DNA of 64,000 nucleotides from Naegleria gruberi (Eukaryota): NCBI GenBank assembly GCA_000004985.1, contig GG738850.1; one strand, 5' to 3'. Shown piece by piece: positions 53,840 to 64,000 of this stretch (position 1 is its first letter; each line of letters starts with the position of its first letter). The notes under the pieces were generated by a model. It saw only the letters and a program-made list of their open reading frames with translations, ran no database searches and was not told where the DNA came from. The position numbers and the translations under genes were made by a program.

Positions 53840-54870
53840 TTATTCAAGACGAGATTTGACATCCTTTTCCAATGCTAACAGATACTGATCGACATGTTCC
53901 TCTCCAAATACTTCTCTCATCTTGTCGACTAACTGAAATAAATACTCAGAGTTTTTACCACTTGGCCCAATAGCAACTGAGATAATTTTACCATCGTCAC
54001 TCAATCCATGAATTGTAGGACCCAAAAATTCGGTATTATCATCATGATTGGTAGAACCCACATATACAATTACATTCTTAATTTCACTCTCTCCATTTTC
54101 ATGAATTAAATTACAAGGAATAAACTTTCTATAATATCCTCCCTTTTCTCTATAATCCAAATCCTTGAAAATCTCAATTGCTTCCTCATTTGAAATCAGA
54201 TAACACATTCCATATAGATCTGTATCTTTTCTTTCAAATTCAGCCTCTTCTCTTGCAACATGTGTATCAGATCCAAACTTGGTCACTTGCTCTCTATAAT
54301 CTGAATCATTCATTATTGTCAAAACTCTGCCAGGAAATTCAAATGATCCTCTGTGATCTCTACTCTGCTGCCAAAATCTTCTCTAATTCTCATATTTGAA
54401 TATAATTCATAAATTCTCGAACCTACCTTGTATCCTTTAATAAATCCCTTACATTTATGTTTATAAGACCATCCAACTTTCCAAATCAAACTTCCATAAC
54501 CAAACAAATAAATTCCTCCATCCTTCTTAACCTGTTCATCATGATTAATCAATTGTTCAATATCCACTTCATGATCCTTTGCTTTTAAATGTAATTTGTA
54601 CATTTCCTCGAGTGATAATTCAGAATTCAATGATGCTTGTTGAACATTAACATCATCAGCTTCCGAAAGTGGTGCAAGTTCTTCCGAATTGTTTAATAAC
54701 ATTTTTTTGAAAGATTCTTGTTTGTGATGATTACTTGTAGAAAGTAACTTGAAGAATCTGGTTTGATGATATTGTTGTTTGGAAGTGGTAATTTGATTTC
54801 TCAGATTGAGTAAATTGTGCTGACGAGTTGTTAATAATGAAATGAAGAGAATCTTTCTGCTGCAATTCAT
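53840..54870 (-). CDS. GCG1: ChaC-family gamma-glutamylcyclotransferase (Gcg1-like), two exons (54870..54427, 54382..53840)
   Basis: Splicing a 44-nt GTAGGT..AATTAG intron joins ORF 54319..54870 to ORF 53840..54322. The join yields YLFGYGSLIWK...IKGYK|RRFWQQSRDHRGSFEFPGRVLT...DYREKGGY, matching ChaC across the junction. The unspliced frame loses the RRFWQ..HRG block. Confidence 0.7.
54383..54426 (-). other. spliceosomal intron (44 nt) in the ChaC-like gene
   Basis: GTAGGTTCGAGAATTTATGAATTATATTCAAATATGAGAATTAG, phase 0. It restores the conserved ChaC motif. Confidence 0.65.
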
Positions 54871-55216
54871 TGTTTTTTTACAATATTAATAATAATACCA
54901 AGCCAATAATTCCCAATATGATACCAACAATCATTCTTCTTATTATCCAGCAATTCATATCATCATCAATTAACAATTTCCTTCTAGCTACAGCACATCA
55001 CTCCCTTATCATCATCATGTCTTGTTTATTGTAATCGATTTTCTCTAGAAGCAATGCTAACAAAGAGTGACCTGTCGCTTTATGAAGGACCAAAACAAGA
55101 CCAATTTTGTTGCAGCGAGTTTTTGTGGTGATGACGCAACGAGGAAATTCAAGCCAAGTTGCTACTTGAAAAGCACGGAGAGCAAAATATTATTACAAAA
55201 TTAACAGATAAAAAAA

Positions 55217-56653
55217 ATGGCCAAAGGTTCTAGATTGTTGGACTTGCTCCGACCAGCCATGGCAATTTTGCCAGAAGTTGCAAAGCCATCCAAGACTGTT
55301 AAATTCCAAGAAAAGGTCTTGTGGACTGCTGTTGCTCTCTTTATTTATTTAGTCTGTTGCCAAATTCCAGTATATGGAATTCGTAATGCTTCATCAAGCG
55401 ATCCATTGTATTGGATGAGAGTTATTTTGGCTTCTAACAGAGGTACTTTGATGGAACTCGGTATTTCACCAGTCATCACTGCTGGTTTGATTATTCAATT
55501 GCTCAGTGGTGCTAGATTAATTGATGTCGATGAAAATAGTCAAGAAGATCAAATTTTGCTTAACGGTGCTCAAAAGTTCTTCGGTCTCATCATGACCATT
55601 GTTGAAGCTGTTGCTTATGTTGCTTCAGGAATGTACGGTGATGTCAGAGATCTTGGTTTGGTTACTGCTTTGTTGATTGTCTTGCAATTGTTCGTTGCTG
55701 GTATTGTCTGTTTGCTCCTCGATGAATTGTTGCAAAAGGGTTATGGTTTGGGAAGTGGTATTTCCTTGTTCATTGCTACTAACATTTGTGAAACTATTAT
55801 TTGGAAGTCATTCTCACCATCCACCATTAACACTGGTAGAGGTACTGAATTTGAAGGTGCTATCATTGCTCTTTTCCACATGTTGATTACTCGTAGTGAT
55901 AAGGTTAGAGCTTTGAAGGAAGCTTTCTATCGTCCAAATCTTCCAAATATTACCAACTTGTTGGCTACCATCTTGGTCTTCTTGATTGTCATTTACTTCC
56001 AAGGATTCCGTGTTGAATTGCCATTGAGATCCTCCAGACAATCCGGTAGTGCTGGTGCTTATCCAATTCGTTTGTTCTACACTAGTAACATGCCTATCAT
56101 TTTGCAAACTGCTTTGGTTTCTCAAATGTTCTTGTTCTCTCAAGTATTATACAAGAGATTTGGAGACAATATTCTTATAGCCTTGTTGGGTAGATGGGAA
56201 ACTCCACAATATGGTCAATCTGTTCCAGTTGGTGGTTTGATCTATTACATTTCTCCTCCAGGTAACTTGAATGAAATGTTGGTCGATCCAATTCACGCCA
56301 TCTTGTACATTGCTTTCATGCTTGGTTCATGTGCTTTGTTCTCTAGAATTTGGATTAACGTTTCTGGTTCTTCTCCAAAGGATGTTGCCAGACAACTTAA
56401 GGAACAAGGTTTGAACATTGCTGGTCACAGAGACGATCCTAAGGAAATGATTAACACTTTGAACAAGTACATTCCAACTGCTGCTGCTGTCGGTGGTATG
56501 TGTATTGGTGCTCTCACTGTCATTGCTGACTTCTTGGGTGCTATTGGTTCTGGTACTGGTATTCTCTTGGCTGTTGGTATCATTTATCAATACTTTGAAA
56601 TGTTCGCTAAGCAACAAGATGAATTGGATATTCCTTTCTTGAGTGGACAATAA
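55217..56653 (+). CDS. SEC61: Sec61 alpha subunit of the ER translocon
   Basis: The 478-aa product [21 protein letters not shown]...[21 protein letters not shown].. has ten TM segments and near-universal Sec61/SecY motifs. Codon bias is strong. Confidence 0.9.
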   Translation: MAKGSRLLDLLRPAMAILPEVAKPSKTVKFQEKVLWTAVALFIYLVCCQIPVYGIRNASSSDPLYWMRVILASNRGTLMELGISPVITAGLIIQLLSGARLIDVDENSQEDQILLNGAQKFFGLIMTIVEAVAYVASGMYGDVRDLGLVTALLIVLQLFVAGIVCLLLDELLQKGYGLGSGISLFIATNICETIIWKSFSPSTINTGRGTEFEGAIIALFHMLITRSDKVRALKEAFYRPNLPNITNLLATILVFLIVIYFQGFRVELPLRSSRQSGSAGAYPIRLFYTSNMPIILQTALVSQMFLFSQVLYKRFGDNILIALLGRWETPQYGQSVPVGGLIYYISPPGNLNEMLVDPIHAILYIAFMLGSCALFSRIWINVSGSSPKDVARQLKEQGLNIAGHRDDPKEMINTLNKYIPTAAAVGGMCIGALTVIADFLGAIGSGTGILLAVGIIYQYFEMFAKQQDELDIPFLSGQ

Positions 56654-56768
56654 TTTAATTTGTAAACATATAAAAAATTTAATAATTATTTAATAATTTT
56701 AATTTTTTCTAACTTCAAAAATAATACGGAAATGCATTCAGTTTTTAAAAAAGGTCTGCAAGCCAAAA

Positions 56769-56805
56769 GTGGAGTCATAGGGAATCGAACCCTAGACCTT
56801 CTGCA

Positions 56806-56836
<31 letters not shown>

Positions 56837-56841
56837 AACCC
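56769..56841 (-). tRNA. tRNA-Ala (TGC)
   Basis: Minus strand GGGGTTA-TA-GCTCAGTTGGTAGAGC-G-TCTGC-TTTGCAT-GCAGA-AGGTC-TAGGGTTCGATTCCCTA-TGACTCC-A. The diagnostic G3:U70 pair is present. A T4 run lies downstream. Confidence 0.9.
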
Positions 56842-56969
56842 CTTCTCTTCAAAATTACAAAAATATTGATATTATACATATTTTAAACTCTTCCTAGAGT
56901 TAAATTTATGTAAACACTGTACCAAGAATCATTTCACAAGCTTTTGGTATCGGGAAATAAGGGATTGTG

Positions 56970-58112
56970 CTAATTGAAATTAAAATCCACATCACTAAAG
57001 CTTAATATATTTTTCAATAAAGACACATTTCTTGCTGAATTATACAGTATCAAATCTCCATCCAATACTAACTCCAGTTCGTAAACATTCCCATCTCGTC
57101 CAATTATAAATTTGTAATACTGTTCAGGGATATGGTCTATCATTTGGAAGGAGCAATGCCCATCAAACTTATTCATAACTTCAGGTGGTAAATTGAAAAT
57201 CTTCCACTCTAATTCTTCCACAACATCCAATTTATCCAGTGGCAAAACTAAGATTCCCACTTGCTCAACCTTATTCTGATCACTATCCAAACCACCAAAT
57301 ATTACTCCTGCAATATCTTTACCATATGGTACATAACTTGTTGCAAATGGTGAAACTTCAATGCCAAAACAGCCATATTTTACTGTTCTAATTCTCTTAT
57401 GTCCTTCTTTAGAAAAAATCCATACATCTTTATCTAGCACTCCATCTGAAAAAGCTTGGTATGAAAAACATGTTGTACCAATTGCAATGACCCTATCGTT
57501 CCACATTGTAAGAAAATTAGGATCTGGATATTCATAATTAAAACTATTCTCACTAACATCAGTAAACATGTACTCAGTATCCAATGTATCCATTGTTGTA
57601 TCATATTTCACTAGATATGAGGTCTGTGATTTGAATTTATTCCCATAAAAGAATACATCCTCATTATGATTCAACATGTCCATATAGAAATATCTCAAAA
57701 CATCATGGTCCTTATTAATAATTTTCAATTCACTTGTATAAATATTATATTTGTAAAATCTTGATAAATAATAGGAAACAATGCAGAAATACATATTTCC
57801 TGTATGTGTTATATATTTACAGAATTTACAATTATCATAGATATTAATATCAAGTTCATCCAATTTAAATTGTTTAACCAATTTCTTTGTTTCATAATTA
57901 AAAACAATAAAAGTTCCGGGATAAGAGATGAAATACACGTGATGATTAATTGTATCCATACAGGCTATTCTATCAATTTTACATGGAGAGGAATTGAGAG
58001 GATCAATAATTGATAATTCATGAAGATTAGCTTGAAAATAATCATCATGTTGTTTCTTATCATCTTCCCGATTTTGATCGTCATCATTATTGTGATTTGT
58101 ATTTGAAAACAT
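56970..58112 (-). CDS. hypothetical protein (380 aa)
   Basis: Uninterrupted ORF with ATG at 58112 and an N-terminal D/N-rich tract. No confident homology recognised. Confidence 0.4.
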   Translation of the reverse strand: MFSNTNHNNDDDQNREDDKKQHDDYFQANLHELSIIDPLNSSPCKIDRIACMDTINHHVYFISYPGTFIVFNYETKKLVKQFKLDELDINIYDNCKFCKYITHTGNMYFCIVSYYLSRFYKYNIYTSELKIINKDHDVLRYFYMDMLNHNEDVFFYGNKFKSQTSYLVKYDTTMDTLDTEYMFTDVSENSFNYEYPDPNFLTMWNDRVIAIGTTCFSYQAFSDGVLDKDVWIFSKEGHKRIRTVKYGCFGIEVSPFATSYVPYGKDIAGVIFGGLDSDQNKVEQVGILVLPLDKLDVVEELEWKIFNLPPEVMNKFDGHCSFQMIDHIPEQYYKFIIGRDGNVYELELVLDGDLILYNSARNVSLLKNILSFSDVDFNFN

Positions 58113-58788
58113 TTTTTAAAATTTAAATTAACAACAGATTGTGCTATTAATGTTTTGAAACAATTCATGTTCATTGGATTGTTGGATTAAATCATTAAAA
58201 AACGGATTTGGGATGGATGTTATTATACTCTAGTAATATTTGCAGATTAATTGAGAGAGTCAATTCTCTTATTCATTCACCCTTAAAACCAAGTACACAA
58301 GGAATCATGTCAAGTTTAAGAAATTGATTCATCAAGATCAATTTTTTTGTTGCTCAGTAATGGAATTGAGAGACACAAACAACACTTGCTCAATAATTTA
58401 GAAAATTTACAGGAAATTGACGCAATCGTTGATTATTTATGGTTAAATTGCATCCAATCTAATTCAAATAGGGAAGTCAATATTCCATCTAAAATTAAAC
58501 TGCAATTTTCAAACTTGAGAAATTCGTTGAGAGAGCAAAAAGCAAGTTTCAAAAGATTTAATTAATCAAGTATTTTCTATTTTATAGGATCAGATCATGT
58601 TCAATTTGGGTGACAATTTTTCAAGATTTAGTTTCATTGATGAGTATTTAAACTGTTCGATTGTAATGGAAAGGCAACACGAGTTGATGGATCAATCAAA
58701 GTTGATATAACATCTTATTTGTGTGTAGAGTTACAAACAATAAAATATTTAAATCATCGTTTAATGAGATATCCTAAAATTAATAACA

Positions 58789-59730
58789 TTAGGATAATTG
58801 TTCTTCTAATTTACAATTGAAAATTCTTACAACTCCATATTGAGCATCACAAACAAGTAATTCACCATTTTTGGAATTGAAACACATTCCACCAATATTT
58901 GCTCCATGTTGTCTATTTTCAAACGAATCAACAATGTGACCATTTTGTAAACTAATTAATAATAAACCATGACCTTCCTTGTTTAGAATAATGTATTCAT
59001 TTGTTTCGTCTAGAAGAAAGGAAAAGGATATATCTTCATCTTGAGGCAATGAGAATATTTCTTCCTTTGGGATAGAATCATGAATGCACCAATCGCCTCT
59101 TTCATTTTGTGAATAAATTTCGAATAAATTTAATGTCGTATTGTTTCGAATACCAACAATCATTGAATTATCTTCTGAATTAATTACTGGTTGAAACCCA
59201 TCAAATACAGTGAACGAATCATCCTCATCCATAACTCCTCTCAAACTGTCAATCTTTGCAATACTATTCTTTGGTGAACCACAAACATAAATCGAATTTC
59301 TATCCTTTTCTTTGACAAGTGTCATTCCCATAAATTCACTAGTTGCGTATATTCTCCATAAACAATCAGAATATCTTTTCTGAATTGATGATTCTATTAA
59401 ATGACCGAGATCATATTTGAGCATTTCATCGTTCGACGAAACTATTAAGGCGTCTCTATTCGAAATGTAATTTTCTTCAACTAGGATTCTTAAAAGTGGG
59501 CTTATTGGAATGAGTATTGAAAGCTTGAAGGCTTTCGTATCAATATCAAGAAGGTGAACACAATTATTGTAAAAGTCAGCAATCAGAATGCAAGAATGAT
59601 TATACGAAAGTTTGACATCAACTGGAAAACCTGGAACTCTTCCCCTGAATTGAAACTCATCATCAATATTTGTAACCATCTTTCCAATAGTTTGTACACA
59701 TTGAAGTTTAGGATGTTTATGTGGAGCCAT
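58789..59730 (-). CDS. hypothetical protein (313 aa), beta-propeller-like
   Basis: Uninterrupted ORF with ATG at 59730. Its repetitive beta-strand-rich composition suggests NHL or six-blade propeller repeats. Confidence 0.4.
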   Translation of the reverse strand: MAPHKHPKLQCVQTIGKMVTNIDDEFQFRGRVPGFPVDVKLSYNHSCILIADFYNNCVHLLDIDTKAFKLSILIPISPLLRILVEENYISNRDALIVSSNDEMLKYDLGHLIESSIQKRYSDCLWRIYATSEFMGMTLVKEKDRNSIYVCGSPKNSIAKIDSLRGVMDEDDSFTVFDGFQPVINSEDNSMIVGIRNNTTLNLFEIYSQNERGDWCIHDSIPKEEIFSLPQDEDISFSFLLDETNEYIILNKEGHGLLLISLQNGHIVDSFENRQHGANIGGMCFNSKNGELLVCDAQYGVVRIFNCKLEEQLS

Positions 59731-60329
59731 TTTGTTTCGCTTTGTTTCGACAAGTTTCGAACGCTGACACTGTTTAAATCAGGTGCTTTTTCTTATCTCC
59801 ATTACTTTAGGTAAACAATGAATCATCTTTGAATTCTTTACAGTTGTTGAAGTATTGCCCTATTTTGGGTATTTGTGATTCGTTTTGAAAGGTCTTTACA
59901 ATTAATGTTCATCTGTTTAATTAACCTTACAAAACGAATAACATTAATACCCTACAGATGGGGTACTTTCTTGACTTGTCCTAATAAGAAAGAGACCAAA
60001 AAAACAATTAGTGAGTTTAGGCAGATGATGGATAACAGATTCAGATGCATTGCCAATAATGACAGACCTTTTAATCATTCCATTCATTCAACAAAATGGT
60101 AATATTATTACAGTTGCTGGAAGTGGACAACAAGGATACAATGGAGATGCACCGTTTGATATTTTGGAATATCCTCATATTGGTTCTTTATTTAAAACAC
60201 TATTCACCAATTTTACCAATCTCAATAGACTGGTTGATGTTAGTGTAACATGTCATGATCATTCAAAGGAATTTAGGAAAGCTATATTCAGGTGACAACT
60301 TTAATATTCCAGAAATTAAGAAAGCGAAT

Positions 60330-60448
60330 GGCTACGGCCATATCACGATGAATGCACCTCATCCCGTCCGATTTGAGAAGTTAAGCATCGTCGAGCCACA
60401 TCAGTACTGAGGTTGGAGACAACTTGGGAACCTGTGGTGCTGTAGTCT
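60330..60448 (+). rRNA. 5S rRNA gene (dispersed copy 2)
   Basis: 119 nt. It is identical to copy 1 except for one substitution (CATCGTCGAG versus CATCGTAGAG). A T6 terminator follows. Confidence 0.85.
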
Positions 60449-60819
60449 TTTTTATTGGCTTTCTCCACAAGAATCTTTCTAACCACAAATCAATTTATTT
60501 ATTATTTAGCTTTTGCGGTAATTCTCCACATCATGCAAAAACAGCAGCACCTCCAATTGCAGCAACAACTGCAACAATCATTGGATACTGAATCAATAGC
60601 ATGAAAAGAGAGCGAACACAATCTTGAAAATCTGAGGACTGGTTTTTAGTTGAAGTGAATGAGCTGTTTCAGTTTCAACTTTGTATGAAATGAGTGTCGA
60701 TTTGAAGGAAGTCCATTGTAATATTCACATTGATTCACATAAAGGCATCTTCCTCTTCCATACAGAGCTTGAACTTTCCAATATTCCATAGCTTTGGATA
60801 CGAAAAGAAATTTAAAAAA

Positions 60820-61428
60820 ATGCCACAACCAATCACCAAAAGGCCAAACCTTATTGCCGTTTTGCTGTTTGAGGTATTGGTTGAAATATTCAAAAATTTA
60901 CATTTCCTTAACGCTTCTCCACTTAAATCTGTTTGCAGAGAATGGCAAGATGTTATTGAGGAACTATTCATCTTTTACCCTACCGGTCCGAGTCCTTTCA
61001 GATTATCCGTAAAGAAGTATTATGTTAGAAAACATTTCTGTTGGAACAAGATGATACTCAACTTTTTACAATATGTTGTTCCAAAAGATTGTGGTGTAAT
61101 ACCATTGGTCATCAGAGTGATGGAACATGAACAATGTTTCTCCGATTGTGAAAATAATCAAAAAGGGTTTCAAAGTAAGGTAGCTCAAATAGCGAACACA
61201 ATGGATGTAAAAGGGTACATACAAACCCAATCATCGTATGAAGATAATTTGGAAAATATGACCATCAAAAGAGTTCTTGATATTTGTTGTCAAGAAAAAC
61301 CTTCAAAGTTAAGGGATTTCTTAGAACAAGTTTCTGACATTGTTAACGAAGATGGCGCTTCTTCATTCATAATCAGAACCACAGATATCGTGAATCCTGT
61401 AACACAAAGCCCTCATTTCATTCAATAA
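60820..61428 (+). CDS. F-box domain protein
   Basis: The ATG at 60820 sits in an A-rich context (the track start at 60730 is TTG). LIAVLLFEVLVEIFKNLHFLNASPLKSVCREWQDVI fits the F-box pattern. Confidence 0.45.
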   Translation: MPQPITKRPNLIAVLLFEVLVEIFKNLHFLNASPLKSVCREWQDVIEELFIFYPTGPSPFRLSVKKYYVRKHFCWNKMILNFLQYVVPKDCGVIPLVIRVMEHEQCFSDCENNQKGFQSKVAQIANTMDVKGYIQTQSSYEDNLENMTIKRVLDICCQEKPSKLRDFLEQVSDIVNEDGASSFIIRTTDIVNPVTQSPHFIQ

Positions 61429-62629
61429 GTGATGAAGGCGAACCCCCTGTTTCATCTGGAGAATCAGTTTTCACGTTGAATACACATACATTCACCAAAG
61501 ACAATATTGCCAAGATCAAGCCCAGTTCGATGATTGACCAGATTTTTTTGGTTCTTGTTTACGTAATGACTGTCCACCAACAGTTTTGGCTGTTCTTTCT
61601 TTGCATTCTTTTGAAGATTTCAAACAACAGATATTGGATCTCATTTCAGGGATGACTAGCCATGTGTTGCAAGTTATGCAAAAACTGACTAGAGATGAAG
61701 AACAAGTAAAACAATTATTGATTCCATATTGGATTGAACTAAAGAAGGTTTGTAGTGAGTTTTTGGAGCAAAATACAAAAGTAAGACATATCCTTGCTTG
61801 TTCCTCAATAAAGCTATGGTAATGCAACACTATACAACAGCATGACATGATTCTATTTATTGGAATCTGTAATAAAACAACATAAAACACAGCTATTTAT
61901 GTTTGGTTTCTTTTCTATTTGAATCCCAATTCAATGTACAACTGAGTGTCGTTAATTGAAGTAATTTTCCATTACTGAAACAATTTGCGCACAGACTATT
62001 GAATAAAATTAAATCCATTTAATTTTCATCAATTTTCTATCAGCCCTTGAATTCAATTTCCTTTTTTTTTGGAATTGATAGCTTATCAATAGGAGATCAT
62101 CTATGAAATATCTTCTTTTATCATTCATTATGGGAACATGGTTAGCTTCAGGTAGATCAGGATTCGTTATTGAATTTGTATTCTGCTTGAAGAAAGTTAA
62201 TTGAAAGTGGACTTGAGCACAGCTAATTACAATTTGTTGACACCTTCAGAAACTGCACCACCAATGACTACATATATAATAAACCAAAGAATAAACTTGA
62301 CGATGAACCAGAGTACGCCCCACATTTTTTTGAATGTTGTGTCAAGTGGATTGGTAGACTTGTCACGTTTCAACAGGTAAAATGTTCAATATGAACTAAC
62401 TAGCTATGAACTATTGCAAAAATATTCAAATTCTGTTGATTACAATCTCATTTTGTATAATCATGACAAAGAACCATTCTTCCAGTAAATTGTCAATACA
62501 GCAAAATGTGCGTGAGGACTATTTTCGCTCGGAAATCCTTGGATCCAAGGTACCACTGTTGTATGCCTTATGGCTCCTTAAATACTCAGTAGTTGCCTAT
62601 CTCCACCACAAACAATCAAAAAAAATAAA

Positions 62630-63598
62630 ATGTTAAAAAGAGTTGGTTTAGCTTGGACACAAGCACTTGTACCTGAAAATTTACTACAAGTTGACTTGAA
62701 AGGAAAGATTTGTTTAGTAACAGGTTCAACTGTTGGTGGAATTGGTTATGAAACTGCCAAGAAAATGTATGAATTGGGGTGTAATGTTATTTTAGTTTGT
62801 AGAAGTGAAAAGAATGGAAAGGAGGCAAGGGATTTAATTCAACAAGAGTGCTCAGCAAGAATGAAGCAAATAGGAACTATTGATTATATTTTGATGGATT
62901 TGGATGATTTAGAGAGTGTTAACAAGGTAGCAAAACAATTCAAAGAGAAATTTACTCAATTGGATTTCTTGTTCAACAATGCAGGAGTAATGTTTTGTCC
63001 ACACAGTACAACTACTCAAGGAGTGGAAATACAGTTCGGAACCAATTATCTTGGCCACTTTCTTCTAACTCTTTCCTTGATGGATTTGATTAAGAAGGTT
63101 AATGGAAGAATCATTAATGTTTCCTCAATTGGTTCAAAGGCATTTGTAAAATCTGAAAAGGATATTACCAACTTTTGCTCCTTCTCTAAGGAAAGTGTAA
63201 TGGGAGACTGTGAAAATGTAGCTTCAAAACAGCAACTTTATGGTCGTTCCAAATTAGCCCAAGTTTTATTCTCAAGAAAGTTGGCAAGGGAATTCAAATC
63301 GTCCTATTGTAAAGTTACATCTTATTCTCTCCATCCAGGAGCTGTCAAGACAAATTTAGAAAGACACACCAGTTTTCTCTTTGATCTTGCTACCATAATT
63401 GTAAAACCATTATACAAAACTCCATACGAAGGTGCCCAAACAAGTCTATATGTTGCATTGGCTCCAATTTCTGAACTTGAAAATGGTGGCTACTATTCTG
63501 AATGCTCAATTGATGAAGCTAGCCAATTTGCAGATAGGATTGAATTGCAGGATACATTGTGGGATACTAGTATGAAACTTGTTGAGGATTATTTGTAA
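62630..63598 (+). CDS. short-chain dehydrogenase/reductase (retinol-dehydrogenase/Env9-like SDR)
   Basis: Rossmann motif CLVTGSTVGGIGYETAKK, NNAG, a catalytic YGRSK (YxxxK) and a PGAVKTNL tail. ATG at 62630. Confidence 0.7.
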   Translation: MLKRVGLAWTQALVPENLLQVDLKGKICLVTGSTVGGIGYETAKKMYELGCNVILVCRSEKNGKEARDLIQQECSARMKQIGTIDYILMDLDDLESVNKVAKQFKEKFTQLDFLFNNAGVMFCPHSTTTQGVEIQFGTNYLGHFLLTLSLMDLIKKVNGRIINVSSIGSKAFVKSEKDITNFCSFSKESVMGDCENVASKQQLYGRSKLAQVLFSRKLAREFKSSYCKVTSYSLHPGAVKTNLERHTSFLFDLATIIVKPLYKTPYEGAQTSLYVALAPISELENGGYYSECSIDEASQFADRIELQDTLWDTSMKLVEDYL

Positions 63599-64000
63599 AT
63601 ATTTCTGTATTGTATAAATCTGCACTTGATGATCGACTTCAACTTTAAACATATAAATGGGAATGTTTACTTGGTGTTTTCGAAATATTATTGTTTATAA
63701 TTGATATACACGATGCCCTCTCTCGTTTGGATAATTATCATTGTCTGATTTTTTGTAATATTTGAGAAAACACTTGAACTAGTCAAACTTACAAAAAAGC
63801 CCTTGACTACTTTTCTTAATAAGGATATATGTTGACAAGTTGAAATTGCTCCTGTATGGTACTACTACCCTATAATATCACCGAATACATTTGTTTTGTG
63901 TGGAATATCGTCCTTCTTGAGTAAAGTTGGAGTGATAATGTTGATTTTCTAGGTTGAAATAGAATCCAATTCGACAGTTAATGGTATGTTTTAAAATAAT

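Noticed and set aside
58347-58565. 72-aa plus-strand ORF in the gap between two minus-strand genes
   Set aside because: It starts at TTG and contains no ATG codon in frame. It is probably promoter-region noise.
61516-61890. Overlapping ORFs 61516..61890 (-) and 61586..61822 (+)
   Set aside because: The minus ORF is Cys-rich and low-complexity. The plus ORF begins at TTG with its first ATG at codon 23, and neither shows homology. The call is left unresolved.
1-64000. CRISPR arrays, prokaryotic operons or mobile elements
   Set aside because: The window is eukaryotic nuclear DNA. No direct-repeat/spacer arrays, transposase, integrase or reverse-transcriptase ORFs, LTRs or terminal inverted repeats were seen. 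The only repeated sequences are the 5S copies, their shared flank, and the recently duplicated coding paralogs.
1-64000. Dictyostelid or ciliate origin suggested by the N/Q-rich tracts and AT-richness
   Set aside because: The intergenic GC content is too high for Dictyostelium. TAA and TGA function as stops. TTG is the dominant Leu codon and the bias is yeast-like. The Gal4-type Zn2Cys6 domain and the Pff1, Zim17 and Yos9-like gene set point to a fungus.

Overview
This is an AT-rich (~33% GC overall, ~28% GC intergenic), gene-dense nuclear segment of a eukaryote. The evidence points to an ascomycete yeast-like fungus: a Gal4-type Zn(II)2Cys6 regulator, yeast-like codon bias in highly expressed genes (AGA, TTG, GGT, GCT, CCA), few short spliceosomal introns (40-110 nt, GTAAGT/GTAGGT donors, degenerate branch sites, mostly near 5' ends), and N/Q-, S/T- and His-rich tracts. 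The standard genetic code applies, since the uL14 and Sec61 genes end at TAA with conserved C-termini. The window holds about 36 protein-coding genes, 4 tRNA genes (the tRNA-Cys carries an intron), two intact dispersed 5S rRNA genes and one 5'-degenerate 5S copy, and a truncated tRNA relic. Recognisable genes include a Sec61 alpha subunit, ribosomal protein uL14/Rpl23, a DOCK/zizimin-type GEF (2300 aa), TRAPPC8/Trs85, the M28 membrane peptidase Pff1, Zim17/Hep1, ChaC/Gcg1, an actin-related protein, a Yos9-like MRH lectin, an SDR, an RCC1-repeat protein, F-box proteins and an MFS transporter. The supplied ORF track starts ORFs at TTG/GTG as well as ATG and cannot see spliced genes, so I re-derived about eight gene models by hand. 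The most interesting region is 3.4-13.0 kb. It holds a Zn2Cys6 regulator and an MFS transporter next to a tandem array of three paralogous secreted prepro-proteins. Each has a signal peptide, a conserved Ser-rich propeptide ending in a KR (Kex2-type) site, an acidic helix, arginine-rich amphipathic repeats and a conserved C-terminal 8-Cys domain. I could not match the array to any known family. It looks like a candidate toxin or antimicrobial-peptide precursor system. Other notable items are a leucine-rich-repeat protein fused to a PI3K/PI4K-like domain with non-canonical catalytic motifs, a CDK-like pseudokinase fused to a C2 domain, a secreted Lys-rich repeat protein, tandem 7TM-RGS receptor paralogs, and 5S copies sharing duplicated 3' flank.
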